Assembly (NCBI RefSeq): GCF_001194135.2
Contig: NC_068981.1
Coordinates: 16,526,667 to 16,566,336, forward strand
Direction: 5' to 3'
Origin: Octopus bimaculoides
Lineage: Eukaryota
Length of the DNA stretch: 39,670 bases
Shown in pieces: positions 1 to 12,730 of this stretch (position 1 is the stretch's first letter; the number at the start of each line of letters is the position of its first letter). The position numbers were made by a program, and so were the translations under genes. The notes beneath the pieces are model-generated. The model did no database searches, was not told the DNA's origin, and saw only the letters and a program-made list of their open reading frames with translations.

Positions 1-30
<30 letters not shown>
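1..30. repeat. (TA)n microsatellite
   Basis: Perfect TA dinucleotide run at the window start. Confidence 0.95.
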
Positions 31-31
<1 letters not shown>

Positions 32-35
<4 letters not shown>

Positions 36-158
36 CAGATAGAATAAGTACTAGGCTTACAAAGAATAAGTCCTGGGGTCTATTTGCTCGACTAAAAGGC
101 GGTGGTCTAGCATGGCCGCAGTCAAATGACTGAAACATGTAAAAGAGTAAAGAGTATA
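32..158 (+). mobile_element. SINE family A, 3' fragment
   Basis: GATAGAATAAGTACTAGGCTTACAAAGAATAAGTCCTGGGGTC...CATGGCCGCAGTCAAATGACTGAAAC...AAAGAGTA is nearly identical to the 3' half of the copy at 28588-28990. Confidence 0.9.
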
Positions 159-692
159 TACATAAATATATATATCAAAACTGTCCGACGATGGGGATCT
201 GATAATTTTGAAGCTTTAATAAAAAAGTGTGCATATATATATAGGGAAAGAATTGGTCGTGCCTACCGGAAAGCACCTGCCTAATATATCTGTGAAATAT
301 TATAGAGAGTTTGAGATAGTTCAATACTTCATAGTAACCATTGTTACCTTCATGGAGCCAGGACGCTCGAAGATAGTGACAGTGAGGTTCCAGAAAATGG
401 TGGCTAGTTTTGTTTGGAGATTTGGGATTTGCATATAGCGTATTTGTATTTGACTGTTCTTTCTGTTAAAATAGGTGACGCATTTGTAGTCACATGTGTG
501 CATCTGTGTTCAATTATGCATGAGTGTGTGTGTGTGAGCGTGTGTATGTGCGTTTGTGCGTGCATCTGTGTGTATGTTTGCGTGTGAAGGAATTTGCATA
601 TGTGCATGCGTGTGTATGTGCGTGTGTTTTGGGGCGTGTGCATGTTAGTTTTGGCAATATATATATTTGAACAGAAAATATGTAGATCTTGA

Positions 693-1000
693 TTGGTGGT
701 TTTCACTCATTTTTTTACCTGTGGACCGCTTTTGATTCCTATTTTACTTTACGGAACAGCAATAGCCGTTTATAAAAATATTCTTCTATGTTTGAAATTC
801 AACACTTTTAGGAATTTTCTTATAAAGACATATTTTGTTGTATTGTAGTAATATAACAAATTTATCGCATAAATTTTAACAGCACAGCTAGCGGTGCTCC
901 AGTATGACCATAGCCTTTGGGCTGAAACGTATAAAAAAATAAAAGAGCAAAATCTTATATGGACCCCCGAGGGCCATAAAGACCCCTGTTGTGGACCACT
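693..1000. mobile_element. Possible degenerate hAT-like MITE containing a SINE-A tail fragment (~887-945)
   Basis: Left end TGGTGGTTTTCAC...GTGGACC and right end GGACCCCC...GTTGTGGACCACTA loosely resemble CAGTGGTT-type terminal inverted repeats. The internal GCGGTGCTCCAGTATGACC...CTGAAAC matches the SINE-A tail. Confidence 0.3.
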
Positions 1001-1381
1001 AATTTAGATGAATAATTATTATACCTTATATCTGGGGATCGTAGCGGGTGATAGGTGTGTGTTTATGTGTGAGTGTGTGCGCGCGTGCGCGTGTGTGTAT
1101 GTGTGTGTTTGCAAATGTGTAAGAGTGTGTGTTTGCTCATGTTTGTGCTCATGGTTACAGTCTAAAAACCGGTGTCATGATTTGCGTTGTATCGATTCAA
1201 TATTAGTGGTTCGACAAATACACATCGATAAAATATGTAGTAGACTGACTATGACTATAACTAGGGAGGCAGTGTACCGGCATGTCAGCAGTCCAATGAC
1301 TAAATTCTGTAGAATATAAAGCAATCACAGAAATGTGCGTATGGGGGTGTACAGAAATGGGAAGAGAGAGATGGACTGATG

Positions 1382-1413
<32 letters not shown>

Positions 1414-1643
1414 CTTGTAGAATGACAGAGAGAATTACCGTATATGCATATAAAGATATACTTTATTTGTCTATATATGTACATATGTAAATATGTATTC
1501 ATATATGTATATATGTATATTTTCTTTTTTTATTTTCATATACATATGTGCATGAATATATTTATGTACATGTGTATTTAACCATCTTTTCTCTCTTCTT
1601 CTCTACGTCTTTCTCTCTCCTCTCACATACACACACACACACA

Positions 1644-1678
<35 letters not shown>

Positions 1679-2440
1679 CCTCTCTCTCTATATATATATA
1701 TCTATCTCTTTTTTTTTTACTTCTCCCAACCGGTAAGCTCTGTCTCAAATGAAACAAATATCTCAATGATATTGCACATTTCATTTCCTGAATAAAATGG
1801 TTTTAGTCTGATGTTATTGTCAACTCGTTGTTACAATGTAAACTAATTATCTCAGTTATCTTCTAGAGAAACTGCCTTACGTTAATGAGAAAAACTCGCC
1901 GTCCTTTTCATTCCTATTTTTTTATATTTACTCAGAACATTGAACTTGGGTACCTCTTTCAGACACAATCCATTGCAGAATATATTTTTTATAAAGAGAA
2001 CGAAATGGTCAGGATTTTACAGTGTGCAGGATTTTACAGTGTACATTTTTACAGCACTTCGGTGCCAAATTTCGGCGCCATTTCTTGCAAATTGCTGTGC
2101 AATGCATTCTCCTTCTCCATTCGTTGCTGAGTTTTGAAGCTTCCAAGTTCTCTCAAATATACAGTAATTATCTTTATATAGGAGCGAAAGCTTTCAGTTG
2201 TTAGCTTCACACTATAATAGAACAATTTGTTGGTTAAATAACCCTCATTTTGAATAAAAGAGTCCTTCAGCAGAACCAGTATAATATCATCAACAGAACC
2301 AGATTGGTATTTTCTCTCCAGCCCCTGTGACAGTCATTTGTGTCGTGTTCCCAGTTTTGTACAGCTACATATATATTATCATTCAAAGGTCTCTTTTAGC
2401 AATTCTATTTGAAACTGTGTATGCAAACTTATAATTTAAG

Positions 2441-2560
2441 GGAGCTGATATTAAAAGAGCTGAAATTTTCCTGAATGGAAATCACATGTTTACAGTAACG
2501 AGAAATAGCATGCTACTGCCTGGAAATAAATGGAAGGACCCATTGTATAATGCAATTCAG
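2441..2560 (+). CDS. Candidate internal coding exon (GADIKRAEIFLNGNHMFTVTRNSMLLPGNKWKDPLYNAIQ), unknown protein
   Basis: AG|...CAG|GTAGAT boundaries, 120 nt open in phase 0, non-repetitive sequence. The acceptor is weak (TTTAAG) and I recognise no homology. Confidence 0.25.
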
Positions 2561-2792
2561 GTAGATCCTTTCTGGAATGAATGAGGGAAATTAAGAAAAG
2601 ATGGTAATGGGTTGAACCCTTTTAATAATAACCTACTTCGATCCTCATTGACCCGGCTCTAAATATCATAGATGCGCACAAATACATACATGCACATACA
2701 CACACATACTCCAGCACAAGTACACACAATCATACAGAAAAGAAATATATGCATGCGTGCTTATTCATGTGTGTGTGAGTGTGTATATACAG

Positions 2793-2800
2793 AGAGAGAT

Positions 2801-2840
<40 letters not shown>
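2793..2840. repeat. (AG)n microsatellite
   Basis: AG dinucleotide run with a few AGAT interruptions. Confidence 0.9.
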
Positions 2841-2847
<7 letters not shown>

Positions 2848-3012
2848 CACACATATGTACATACATACATGCATACATACATACATACATACACACACAT
2901 CCAAAAATGGATTTAATAATTTAATAATCTAACAAGCGAAAGGAAAAGATACAGCATCTGTATATAAAACTCATGAAATTCATCTTTCTTTTTCTCCATT
3001 TATTTGAAACAG

Positions 3013-3111
3013 AGGCTTCACGCCACTTTTCTGAACCGCTACTCTGAGTTTTGTCATTTCCATCATTCTTTGCTGTGTAGAGCGGAAACGGAAAATAAAA
3101 ATTAGCAACGG
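3013..3111 (+). CDS. Candidate exon (RLHATFLNRYSEFCHFHHSLLCRAETENKISNG)
   Basis: Pyrimidine-rich acceptor CTTTCTTTTTCTCCATTTATTTGAAACAG, 99 nt open in phase 0, donor GA|GTGAAT. No homology recognised. Confidence 0.22.
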
Positions 3112-3336
3112 AGTGAATCCTTAATATCAACGAAGTGAATATCTATACATAGACATAGAAACATCCAAGTTGACTATATGATGTTTATATAAGATGAAGT
3201 ATTTATTTTAGGATATCATTATACAGTAAAAAGTTGTGTGACGAGGTGACAGATATTTTGCATAAAATACACCTTATAAGAAGATAACTTGTCATCATTT
3301 AGAATCAAAGTATATATACTTACATACATTCATATG

Positions 3337-3387
<51 letters not shown>

Positions 3388-3886
3388 NNNNNNNNNNNNN
3401 NNNNNNNNNNNNNNNNNNNNNNNNNNNNNNNNNNNNNNNNNNNNNNNNNNNNNNNNNNNNNNNNNNNNNNNNNNNNNNNNNNNNNNNNNNNNNNNNNNNN
3501 NNNNNNNNNNNNNNNNNNNNNNNNNNNNNNNNNNNNNNNNNNNNNNNNNNNNNNNNNNNNNNNNNNNNNNNNNNNNNNNNNNNNNNNNNNNNNNNNNNNN
3601 NNNNNNNNNNNNNNNNNNNNNNNNNNNNNNNNNNNNNNNNNNNNNNNNNNNNNNNNNNNNNNNNNNNNNNNNNNNNNNNNNNNNNNNNNNNNNNNNNNNN
3701 NNNNNNNNNNNNNNNNNNNNNNNNNNNNNNNNNNNNNNNNNNNNNNNNNNNNNNNNNNNNNNNNNNNNNNNNNNNNNNNNNNNNNNNNNNNNNNNNNNNN
3801 NNNNNNNNNNNNNNNNNNNNNNNNNNNNNNNNNNNNNNNNNNNNNNNNNNNNNNNNNNNNNNNNNNNNNNNNNNNNNNNNNNNNNN

Positions 3887-3924
<38 letters not shown>

Positions 3925-3937
3925 TATATAGGGAGAA

Positions 3938-3970
<33 letters not shown>

Positions 3971-4232
3971 GAAAGATAGGGAGAAAGAGAAAGAGAGAGA
4001 TTCGTTCATGTGTATGTGGATCTAAACAATATTCCTATGCAGGTATCTTGTTATATATCACGTGTTGTAACAATGTGTACAATAGTGTTTACACAAGGTC
4101 AATTATACATTCAACTACATCTGTCACTTAAAAAGGTAAAACGAACGCTATTCATACATTCATGCAGAAGACAACCACACAAACACAAACACACACACAC
4201 ACTACACATATTAATAAATAACTAAATAGGAG

Positions 4233-4305
<73 letters not shown>
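4233..4305. repeat. (AGAT)n microsatellite
   Basis: Perfect tetranucleotide run. Confidence 0.95.
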
Positions 4306-4705
4306 GAAAAGAAACATATTAATAGACACAAGCATAACTAGACAGTTTTACAGATACATGCATACAGCAATACATATATGGTCATTTAGGAAGTATTTTC
4401 CCTAAATTTAAATCGAACCGCTTCGCTTATAAGTTGGAGCCGGTGCTTTTTATATTAGGATGAAATTTGAAAAAGATTTTTGAGAACACATAGGGGTAGA
4501 TGGAGACACGATGTAAGTTAGGATGACAAAGTGACAGGTGGTTAAGCATTGACCAGGTCGATGCATTAATAGAGTAATGTTATTTCCTCAATTTCTCCTG
4601 TTGATTAATATCAGTAAAATGTATGATACTGAAAACCATAAAGAAGACACACGTAAGCCTCAGTAACCAACTCCATGGGTTATACATATATGTGTATATG
4701 TGTAC

Positions 4706-4763
<58 letters not shown>

Positions 4764-5660
4764 AATTATATACATACATATATATATCTATACACACANN
4801 NNNNNNNNNNNNNNNNNNNNNNNNNNNNNNNNNNNNNNNNNNNNNNNNNNNNNNNNNNNNNNNNNNNNNNNNNNNNNNNNNNNNNNNNNNNNNNNNNNNN
4901 NNNNNNNNNNNNNNNNNNNNNNNNNNNNNNNNNNNNNNNNNNNNNNNNNNNNNNNNNNNNNNNNNNNNNNNNNNNNNNNNNNNNNNNNNNNNNNNNNNNN
5001 NNNNNNNNNNNNNNNNNNNNNNNNNNNNNNNNNNNNNNNNNNNNNNNNNNNNNNNNNNNNNNNNNNNNNNNNNNNNNNNNNNNNNNNNNNNNNNNNNNNN
5101 NNNNNNNNNNNNNNNNNNNNNNNNNNNNNNNNNNNNNNNNNNNNNNNNNNNNNNNNNNNNNNNNNNNNNNNNNNNNNNNNNNNNNNNNNNNNNNNNNNNN
5201 NNNNNNNNNNNNNNNNNNNNNNNNNNNNNNNNNNNNNNNNNNNNNNNNNNNNNNNNNNNNNNNNNNNNNNNNNNNNNNNNNNNNNNNNNNNNNNNNNNNN
5301 NNNNNNNNNNNNNNNNNNNNNNNNNNNNNNNNNNNNNNNNNNNNNNNNNNNNNNNNNNNNNNNNNNNNNNNNNNNNNNNNNNNNNNNNNNNNNNNNNNNN
5401 NNNNNNNNNNNNNNNNNNNNNNNNNNNNNNNNNNNNNNNNNNNNNNNNNNNNNNNNNNNNNNNNNNNNNNNNNNNNNNNNNNNNNNNNNNNNNNNNNNNN
5501 NNNNNNNNNNNNNNNNNNNNNNNNNNNNNNNNNNNNNNNNNNNNNNNNNNNNNNNNNNNNNNNNNNNNNNNNNNNNNNNNNNNNNNNNNNNNNNNNNNNN
5601 NNNNNNNNNNNNNNNNNNNNNNNNNNNNNNNNNNNNNNNNNNNNNNNNNNNNNNNNNNNN

Positions 5661-5698
<38 letters not shown>

Positions 5699-5894
5699 TA
5701 TATATATTCATATATACACTCACATAAACATCAATATATATATATATAGCGTGGGTGTATATTAATAAACCACGTAAAATTCTATTTAGTATGTAATGGA
5801 GTAGGTTGATATATTTTATTAAAATGTGAAGCTTCTCGAAGAGTTACTCTGAGTTTAACATGCCATTTAATCAAATATTTAAATCATTTTTCAG

Positions 5895-5950
5895 TTTGAA
5901 ACAGTCACTAAAGTGAAACTATGTAATGCTTCCAGAGACTTCTACTTTAG
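5895..5950 (+). CDS. Candidate micro-exon (FETVTKVKLCNASRDFYF, phase 0 to phase 2)
   Basis: Acceptor TCATTTTTCAG and donor AG|GTATTA; only one of the three frames is open. Confidence 0.25.
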
Positions 5951-6024
5951 GTATTAAATATGTATTACAGTTGATAAAAGCAGATATTTACCACCTTACC
6001 ACCTGTGTATATGCATGTGTGTGC

Positions 6025-6062
<38 letters not shown>

Positions 6063-6571
6063 GCAGACACATGCACACTTGTATATATATATATGTAATA
6101 TACACACATATATAGATACATGTTATTTCATATGGTTTACACCTCTCATTTGTAGTTCCAACGAAATATCAGGAGACATCTTGTTAGTCACTCAGCTTGC
6201 TAGATATAGCAGCCAAATCCCATTCATATTTCAATCTACGAATAAAAAATAGAAGCATCGATAAAAAAACAGAACGCCATTCAATCTGATCCTTATTTAG
6301 GACCTCTGACCTAGAGCTAAATGACAATGACAACATGTAGATTATTCATAGTCAAGGCAACGATGCAGATCTTATTTGAAGGTTAAAGGAGGGAAATTTA
6401 GATACGTTTTATTATCAGATGTTAAGCACATGTGAATCCAAATGCCTTGTCTTCGTGTTTGTAACTCTGAACATACATACAGTCACAAAAATATATACAA
6501 AAACATACACACCATCGTATATACACACATGCATGCAAACACACACATAAACACATATATCTATACACACA

Positions 6572-6627
<56 letters not shown>

Positions 6628-6756
6628 NNNNNNNNNNNNNNNNNNNNNNNNNNNNNNNNNNNNNNNNNNNNNNNNNNNNNNNNNNNNNNNNNNNNNNNNN
6701 NNNNNNNNNNNNNNNNNNNNNNNNNNNNNNNNNNNNNNNNNNNNNNNNNNNNNNNN

Positions 6757-7020
6757 AAAGCTCCACGATGGTTCCGGCAGGTGGTGGTGGCGAACCCTGT
6801 TGTACTCTTTCACCACAACTTTGTCTCACTCTTTCTTCCTGTTTCTGTTGTACCTGTATTTCAAAGGGCCAGCCTTGTCACACTCTGTGTCACGCTGAAT
6901 CTCCCCAAGAACTACGTTAATGGTACACGTGTCTGTGGAGTGCTCAGCCTCTTTCACGTTAATTTCACGAGCAGGCTGTTCCGTTGATCGGATCAACTGG
7001 AACCCTCGACGTCGTAACCG
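6757..7020 (+). mobile_element. SINE family B (long form), 5' end lost in the N-gap
   Basis: Matches the reverse complement of 17157-17430 and shares the tail GTACCTGTATTTCAAAGGGCC...CCCTCGACGTCGTAACCGA with 30603-30908. Confidence 0.9.
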
Positions 7021-7309
7021 AAAGAGAACCGAGATATATAAATATATGTATGTGTGTGTCTGTCTGTGTTTTCATGTATATGTATACCTATATGCATAAA
7101 CATGTGTTTACATATATGCGTGTATGTATGAACATATATGTTCATTCATATATACGTGTGTATATGTATGCATGCAAGTGCGTATGGATGTATGTATTGA
7201 CCATAGTGATCAGCAACCATACCATAGTTATCATTTCCACTATCGTCTTGCAGCCCACGTGGTTTCACACAGCTCGTGTCCAATAGGTCAAGTAACAATA
7301 TATTTACAG

Positions 7310-7400
7310 TGGGCCATATGACAAGCCTTCAGAAAACATTATTGTGAAGGCAACGGGGTCCCGGCCCTCGATACAATTTGAACTCAACACTGCAAGCTAG
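7310..7400 (+). CDS. Candidate terminal exon (S-GPYDKPSENIIVKATGSRPSIQFELNTAS*)
   Basis: Acceptor TATTTACAG; phase-2 start is compatible with 5895-5950; ends in TAG at 7398-7400. Confidence 0.2.
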
Positions 7401-8008
7401 CGATACAGTAGTAAGATTTAGACACTAGTTAACTGTTATACACTATATTATTCTTTAATACTTATTTACAGCGAGGTAGACTAGGCTCTATTACTGGCAA
7501 AGAATATTTATGGCAAAGAATATGGTGTATTGTCTGCTTCAGAATACGAACCAGAGAACAGAGAGATTCTTCTCTGTCACACCGTCATGTTGGCCAGCTG
7601 TAGCGTTCACGCAAACATTCTAAAGATTCATAGATATTACACATTCACAAACCCATTTATTGTTGTATTATGAGACACCATTGGCTAATATATACATTCA
7701 TGACAACCATATTATATACATTTGCACGTGAACTAATATACGCATATATATATATATATAGGGCAATAAATATTATATAGATGCTTGTAAAAGCATTTGA
7801 AATATATACTGGCATTCAAATAGTATAGATATATATATATATATAGAAGCTGTATTATAGGCAAAGCAATTAAAGACAAAATGGACATCTCCCCACTCTC
7901 GCTTTATAGCTCCTCTCTCTACTCGTATACAAAAGATGACAGTATCACAATTACAAAAGTACAGTGACAAACACCCACAATCAACACGTATATATACATA
8001 TTCATACA

Positions 8009-8052
<44 letters not shown>

Positions 8053-8884
8053 TGTGTGTATGTGTCTATACATGTAGACACATACACACATATATATGTA
8101 TATATATATATATGTGCGTAATGCATAATCACAGATATAGTTATGTATATGTGTGTTGATGATATAAAGAGAGAGAGACGCGCACACGCACACATCTATC
8201 TTTTATCATAGGTTCAAACACACACACACACACACACGTGTGTGCGGGTGTGTGTGTGTCTGTGTGTGAATGAATAATAAACAGAGAGACGAGTATAGAG
8301 GCACGATTAGAGCGACAGACACATGGAATAAAAGAAAAACAGAGAGACGGAAAGACAAAGAGAGACACAGAGAATGTGTGTGCGTGTAAGAGAGACAGAC
8401 TGAGAGAAGTAACGATTTAAACAGAGAATGAGAGAATGTGAGAATGAGAGAATGAGAGAGAAATTCATAGATAGATAGATAAATGTAGTAGAATGACAGC
8501 ATAGTATTCCTCTGCTACACATGCCATTATGTAAAGCGAGGCATTCAACGTGTATGATGGACGTTGCTGAAGTAGTACGTGAAACATACACAGACAAATC
8601 CATAAACGGAAGTATACACTGGAACAGAAACACTCTCACACACGTATTTATATATATATTATGTTTAGTATAAAAACATTCTCCTACGTATACGTGTGTG
8701 TTTGCGTGTGTAAAAGCGAAGCTGTTCACTGTGTATACGATATATATATATACAATGTATATTAGATATATAGATTTATACAGTCATGTCATAGCTGTGA
8801 GAGTAAACCATACGTCAATAATAGCAATAACAACAACATTAAGACGGAAGATATATATATGTATATATATGTTTTGTTACTTAC

Positions 8885-8996
8885 CTATCTTGATGTTCCG
8901 TGAGGCCGCCGTTGTGGCCCATAATCCAGTGATGTTAGCCACTGCCACCAGTAAGAAGATGTCCACATAAAGAGGACAGATTGTCTGCCAAGCCAT
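8885..8996 (-). CDS. Probable first coding exon of a secreted or membrane protein: MAWQTICPLYVDIFLLVAVANITGLWATTAASRNIKI(G)
   Basis: ATG at 8996 (minus) in AAAGATGG context with an in-frame TAA two codons upstream; hydrophobic signal-peptide-like core; consensus donor AG|GTAAGT at 8885/8884 (phase 1). Confidence 0.45.
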
Positions 8997-9002
8997 CTTT
9001 TA

Positions 9003-9500
9003 CTAACAATAACAACAACAACAGCAGCAGCAGCAGCAGCAACAACAACAACAAGAACTGCAGCAGTTTTTCGTGCCAGCGCCGCTGCAACACATGCGAG
9101 TACCGTTCTATGCTGGCACTAATCTAGCCTGGCCTCTACCGCTGCTGCTGTTGGTGCTTTCTTAGTGATGTTGTTGCTGCGGTTAATGATGATGTTGATG
9201 CTGATGATAGAGATGAGGTTGATGGTGGTGGTGGTGATGGTGGTGATGTTGATGTTGATGATGATGATGATGATAAATACGACGATGATGATGATGACGA
9301 TGCTGTTGATGGCTGTGGTTGTAGGTGTGGAGTTGGTGACGATGGTGATGATGATGATGACGGTGATGCTGATGATGAGGATGCTGATGCTGTTGGTGGC
9401 TGTGGTTGTGGTTGTGGAGATGATGATGATGGTGATGATGGTAAAGTGGATGGTTGTAATGATGATGGGGGCGGCGGTGGTGGTGGTGGTGGTGGTAATG
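9003..9500. repeat. Compound trinucleotide region ((CAA)/(CAG) then (GAT)/(GGT)/(GTT)); putative 5' UTR of the minus-strand gene
   Basis: Direct inspection; lies immediately upstream of the ATG at 8996 on the minus strand. Confidence 0.8.
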
Positions 9501-10029
9501 GTGCTGATATTGTCGATGAAATAGCGTGCATGTACGTTTCACTGTGTGTACATATTTAATATATACATACATTCATATATATATGCATATATATATATAT
9601 GTATGTATGTATGTATCTGTATATATATATATATGTATGTATATATATATTATATATGAACGTGCGACTGTTTGGAAGATGTTAGCTAGGTTAATATATG
9701 AGTGCGTGTATGGCTATGTATGTGTGTGTGTGTGTATGTGTGTGTGAGTGTGAGTGTATGTGTATGACACAAGTGTGCGCGCATGTGTGGTGTTCGCTAG
9801 CGTGTAAGTGATTGGGCATCAGTGTGTGTGCGTGTGTATGTGTAATACATGAAATTATTAGTGTAGGTCTCTATGTTCTGTGTGTGTGTGTGTGTATGTG
9901 TGTGTGTGTGTTTTAATGTTATTATTTGCTTCTATGTGTGTGCATACACATAAGTGCATGTCTGTGTGTTCGTGTGCGTGTGTGTATGTGTGTGCGTGTG
10001 TGTCTGTGTGTGTATGTGCGTGCGTATGC

Positions 10030-10850
10030 GTTTCTCTCTCTTTCCTAAGATAACATGCGGCTGTTTATGTACAGAATTCGCCGTTCAACTGTCTTCCTCT
10101 TTTTTTTCATCCCTCTCACCTTCTTCTTCGTCTCCTTACTCTTCTTTCTTCTTCTACTTCGCTTTTCTTCTTCGTTTTCCTCTTCTTCTTCTTTTTTTCT
10201 TTCTTTTCTTTTTTTTCTTCACATGCTGCTTCACTTTCCTTCTCTCTCCCTTTCTTCCTTTCTTTCTCTGCAGCTCTATGCCTTCAGAATCACCGATTTA
10301 CTTGTTCGACCTGTTCCTTAATCTCCTCCTCTTCCTTCTCCTCCTCTTATATTCTCTCCCCTCTCCGCCTCCTCCCCTCCTTCTTCCTCCTCCTCCACCT
10401 CCTCCTCCTTCTCCTCCGCTCTCTTCCCCCTCCTCACCACATCGCCACTTCAGCTGGAATCTTTTCCTTCTTTCAATGAAAAAACCCGCAATTTTTCCTT
10501 TGTTTTTCGTTCTTTTTCTCTCTCTTTCTTTCTCTGTGTGTTTTTTTTTCTCTCTCTCTTTCAATATACTCCTTCACTCACACATTTTCCATCTACACTA
10601 CTTTTCCTTCTTTCTTTCTTTCTTTCTTTCTTTCTCTCTTTCTTTCTTTCTTTCTTTCTCTCTCGTTTCCTGTTCCTCTCCCTCTCACGCTCTGTTCTCG
10701 TTCGTGCCAAGCGCTCTATTTTTCACTGTCTTGAAATCCCTTGTTCTTCTGAGCTCTGCTTTCTTCCTGCTCTTTCTCTCTCTCTCTTTTTCCTTCTCTC
10801 TCTCTCACTCTCACTCTCTCTCTCTCCCAGTTTCTCAATCTGTTGACTGT
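10030..10850. repeat. ~820-bp polypyrimidine/polypurine low-complexity tract
   Basis: The + strand is overwhelmingly C/T, with (CT)n, (CTT)n, (CCT)n and (TTTC)n blocks. Confidence 0.85.
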
Positions 10851-12274
10851 GGTCTTCTGTTCCTCTGCTTCTATTACAAACTACAATGTTCACTCTCCCT
10901 ATAGGAGAAATGCAGGAACTAGAATTCTGTCGATGGAAATTCCGCTAGACTCCGAAACCAACACTAGCAGAATACGTAAGATTGTGTGATGTGTGTGTGT
11001 TGTTTGTGAGCGACTGTGTGTGTCTGTGTGTGTTTGTGTTTACGTGCGTGTGCATGTGTGTGTGTGTGCGTCTTTGTCTGTGTGTCAGTATCTGGGTGTC
11101 TTTAGCCGTCTCCGTATGTATGTCAGCGTGTGCATATATCTGCGTGCATACGTGTGTGTGTTTATATTTGTGTACGCAAAAAAAAAAAAAAAAAAAAGAA
11201 TCAGATAGACTAAAAGACAGAAAGACAAAAAGACAGACTTAAATATTATTAAGCAAGGAAGAATGAAAGAAAAGGAAAATAAATTTTAGCAATGTATTTT
11301 TGAAAATAAGTCAATAAAAAGAAGAGAAAACATATGTGTAATAAAATTATGAAATTAAATTCCAAAGAATTTTTCAAATTACGTTTGTAATGAATTAAAA
11401 CAATAACAATTGGAATAAAAGATGTTAAGAAAATATTGATAGCATGTGTATTTGTGTGTGCCCTCACGTGTGGGTGTAAGCAGGTTATAGTAGGATTAGC
11501 AGGTGATTTTCTCTGTATATGCCTATGGATATATCTGTGTGTTTATCAATATATGTGTATGTATTGCGTACATGTGTGCTTAGAAGGCGTGCGATTTGAA
11601 AATGAAAGTGAAACTTGGAAGAAAAAAATTACATAAGTAAGAGAGAGGGTGACAATAATTGTTTGTGTAAATATATGATTAGTTGTATAGGATATATATT
11701 AACGAAAAGGGAAACAGTGTGTTTGTTTGGGAGTCAATGTGTGTTTGTGCGTTTCAAGTACAGAACAGTTGAAAGTGTAATTTTTTGCATGTGTGGGAAG
11801 GTTAGAGAGCTGGGAGATGAAAAGTGTCTTAAAAGTAAAAGTATTAAGAAAAATGAAATTTTTCTTTTTGCATATGAATTGTGTATCATACAGAATAGAG
11901 AACAAAATAATAATATAAGAAAATGAGAAATATAAAGTGAGATGATCAAGGTTAGATGAGAAGAGAGAGAGAGAAAAATGTGAAGGATAAGCAACGATGT
12001 GTTCTGATAATGAGAGTAGAATTAAAGAAAAGAGTGAAAAGATCTACATTACACGAAAGTACACTGCAACGGAAGAAGATGGTAATTGTTAGTCTTGGCG
12101 GCACTTTTCAGGTCGTAAGAAGGAAAGATTTTCACTGATCAACACGATGCTAATTGGCATTTTTAGACCTTTCACACCAGTCCTGTGGGAGAGGGGGGGG
12201 ATAATATTTCGGCGTACAATATTGCTCTCCCCTTTAACTTCTCGCCCACTTCTTAACTCTCTTTGGCTCTGTTT

Positions 12275-12385
<111 letters not shown>

Positions 12386-12699
12386 TGTGGGTGTGTGTAT
12401 GTATGTGTGTGTGTATGTATATATGTATATATGTATTACGGGTAAAATTTCTTTCCGGGTTTGTGTTAAATATATCTGTGTGAGTCCAAAACTAAAGAAG
12501 TGTACATATGCAGATATATATATGTGTTTGCATAAACGTGTGGGTGTGTCCGTCTGTGTGTATGTGTGTGCCTTGATGTATTATTAAGGATGCAGCTAGG
12601 TTTCGTTTTGTTTGCTTTCTGTCTGAGTGCGATATTGATAATGTAGGAAATAAAAATCTATTATGAATTAAGTTAAATTAGACGCGTGGGCGTATATAT

Positions 12700-12730
<31 letters not shown>

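Noticed and set aside
2050-2332. ~94-codon minus-strand open frame containing SVDDIILVLL (YADD-like)
   Set aside because: Motif spacing does not fit an RT domain and there is no start or splice context; possibly a very old LINE remnant but unsupported.
3320-5765. Long ORFs of 230-400 aa in the track (also 13975-14674, 23291-24633, 32412-32978, 35152-35940)
   Set aside because: They are open only because they run through N-gaps and stop-free microsatellites.
9954-10904. 316-aa Phe/Leu/Ser/Pro-rich ORF on +
   Set aside because: It is a translation of the polypyrimidine tract, where stop codons are compositionally rare; no domain is evident.
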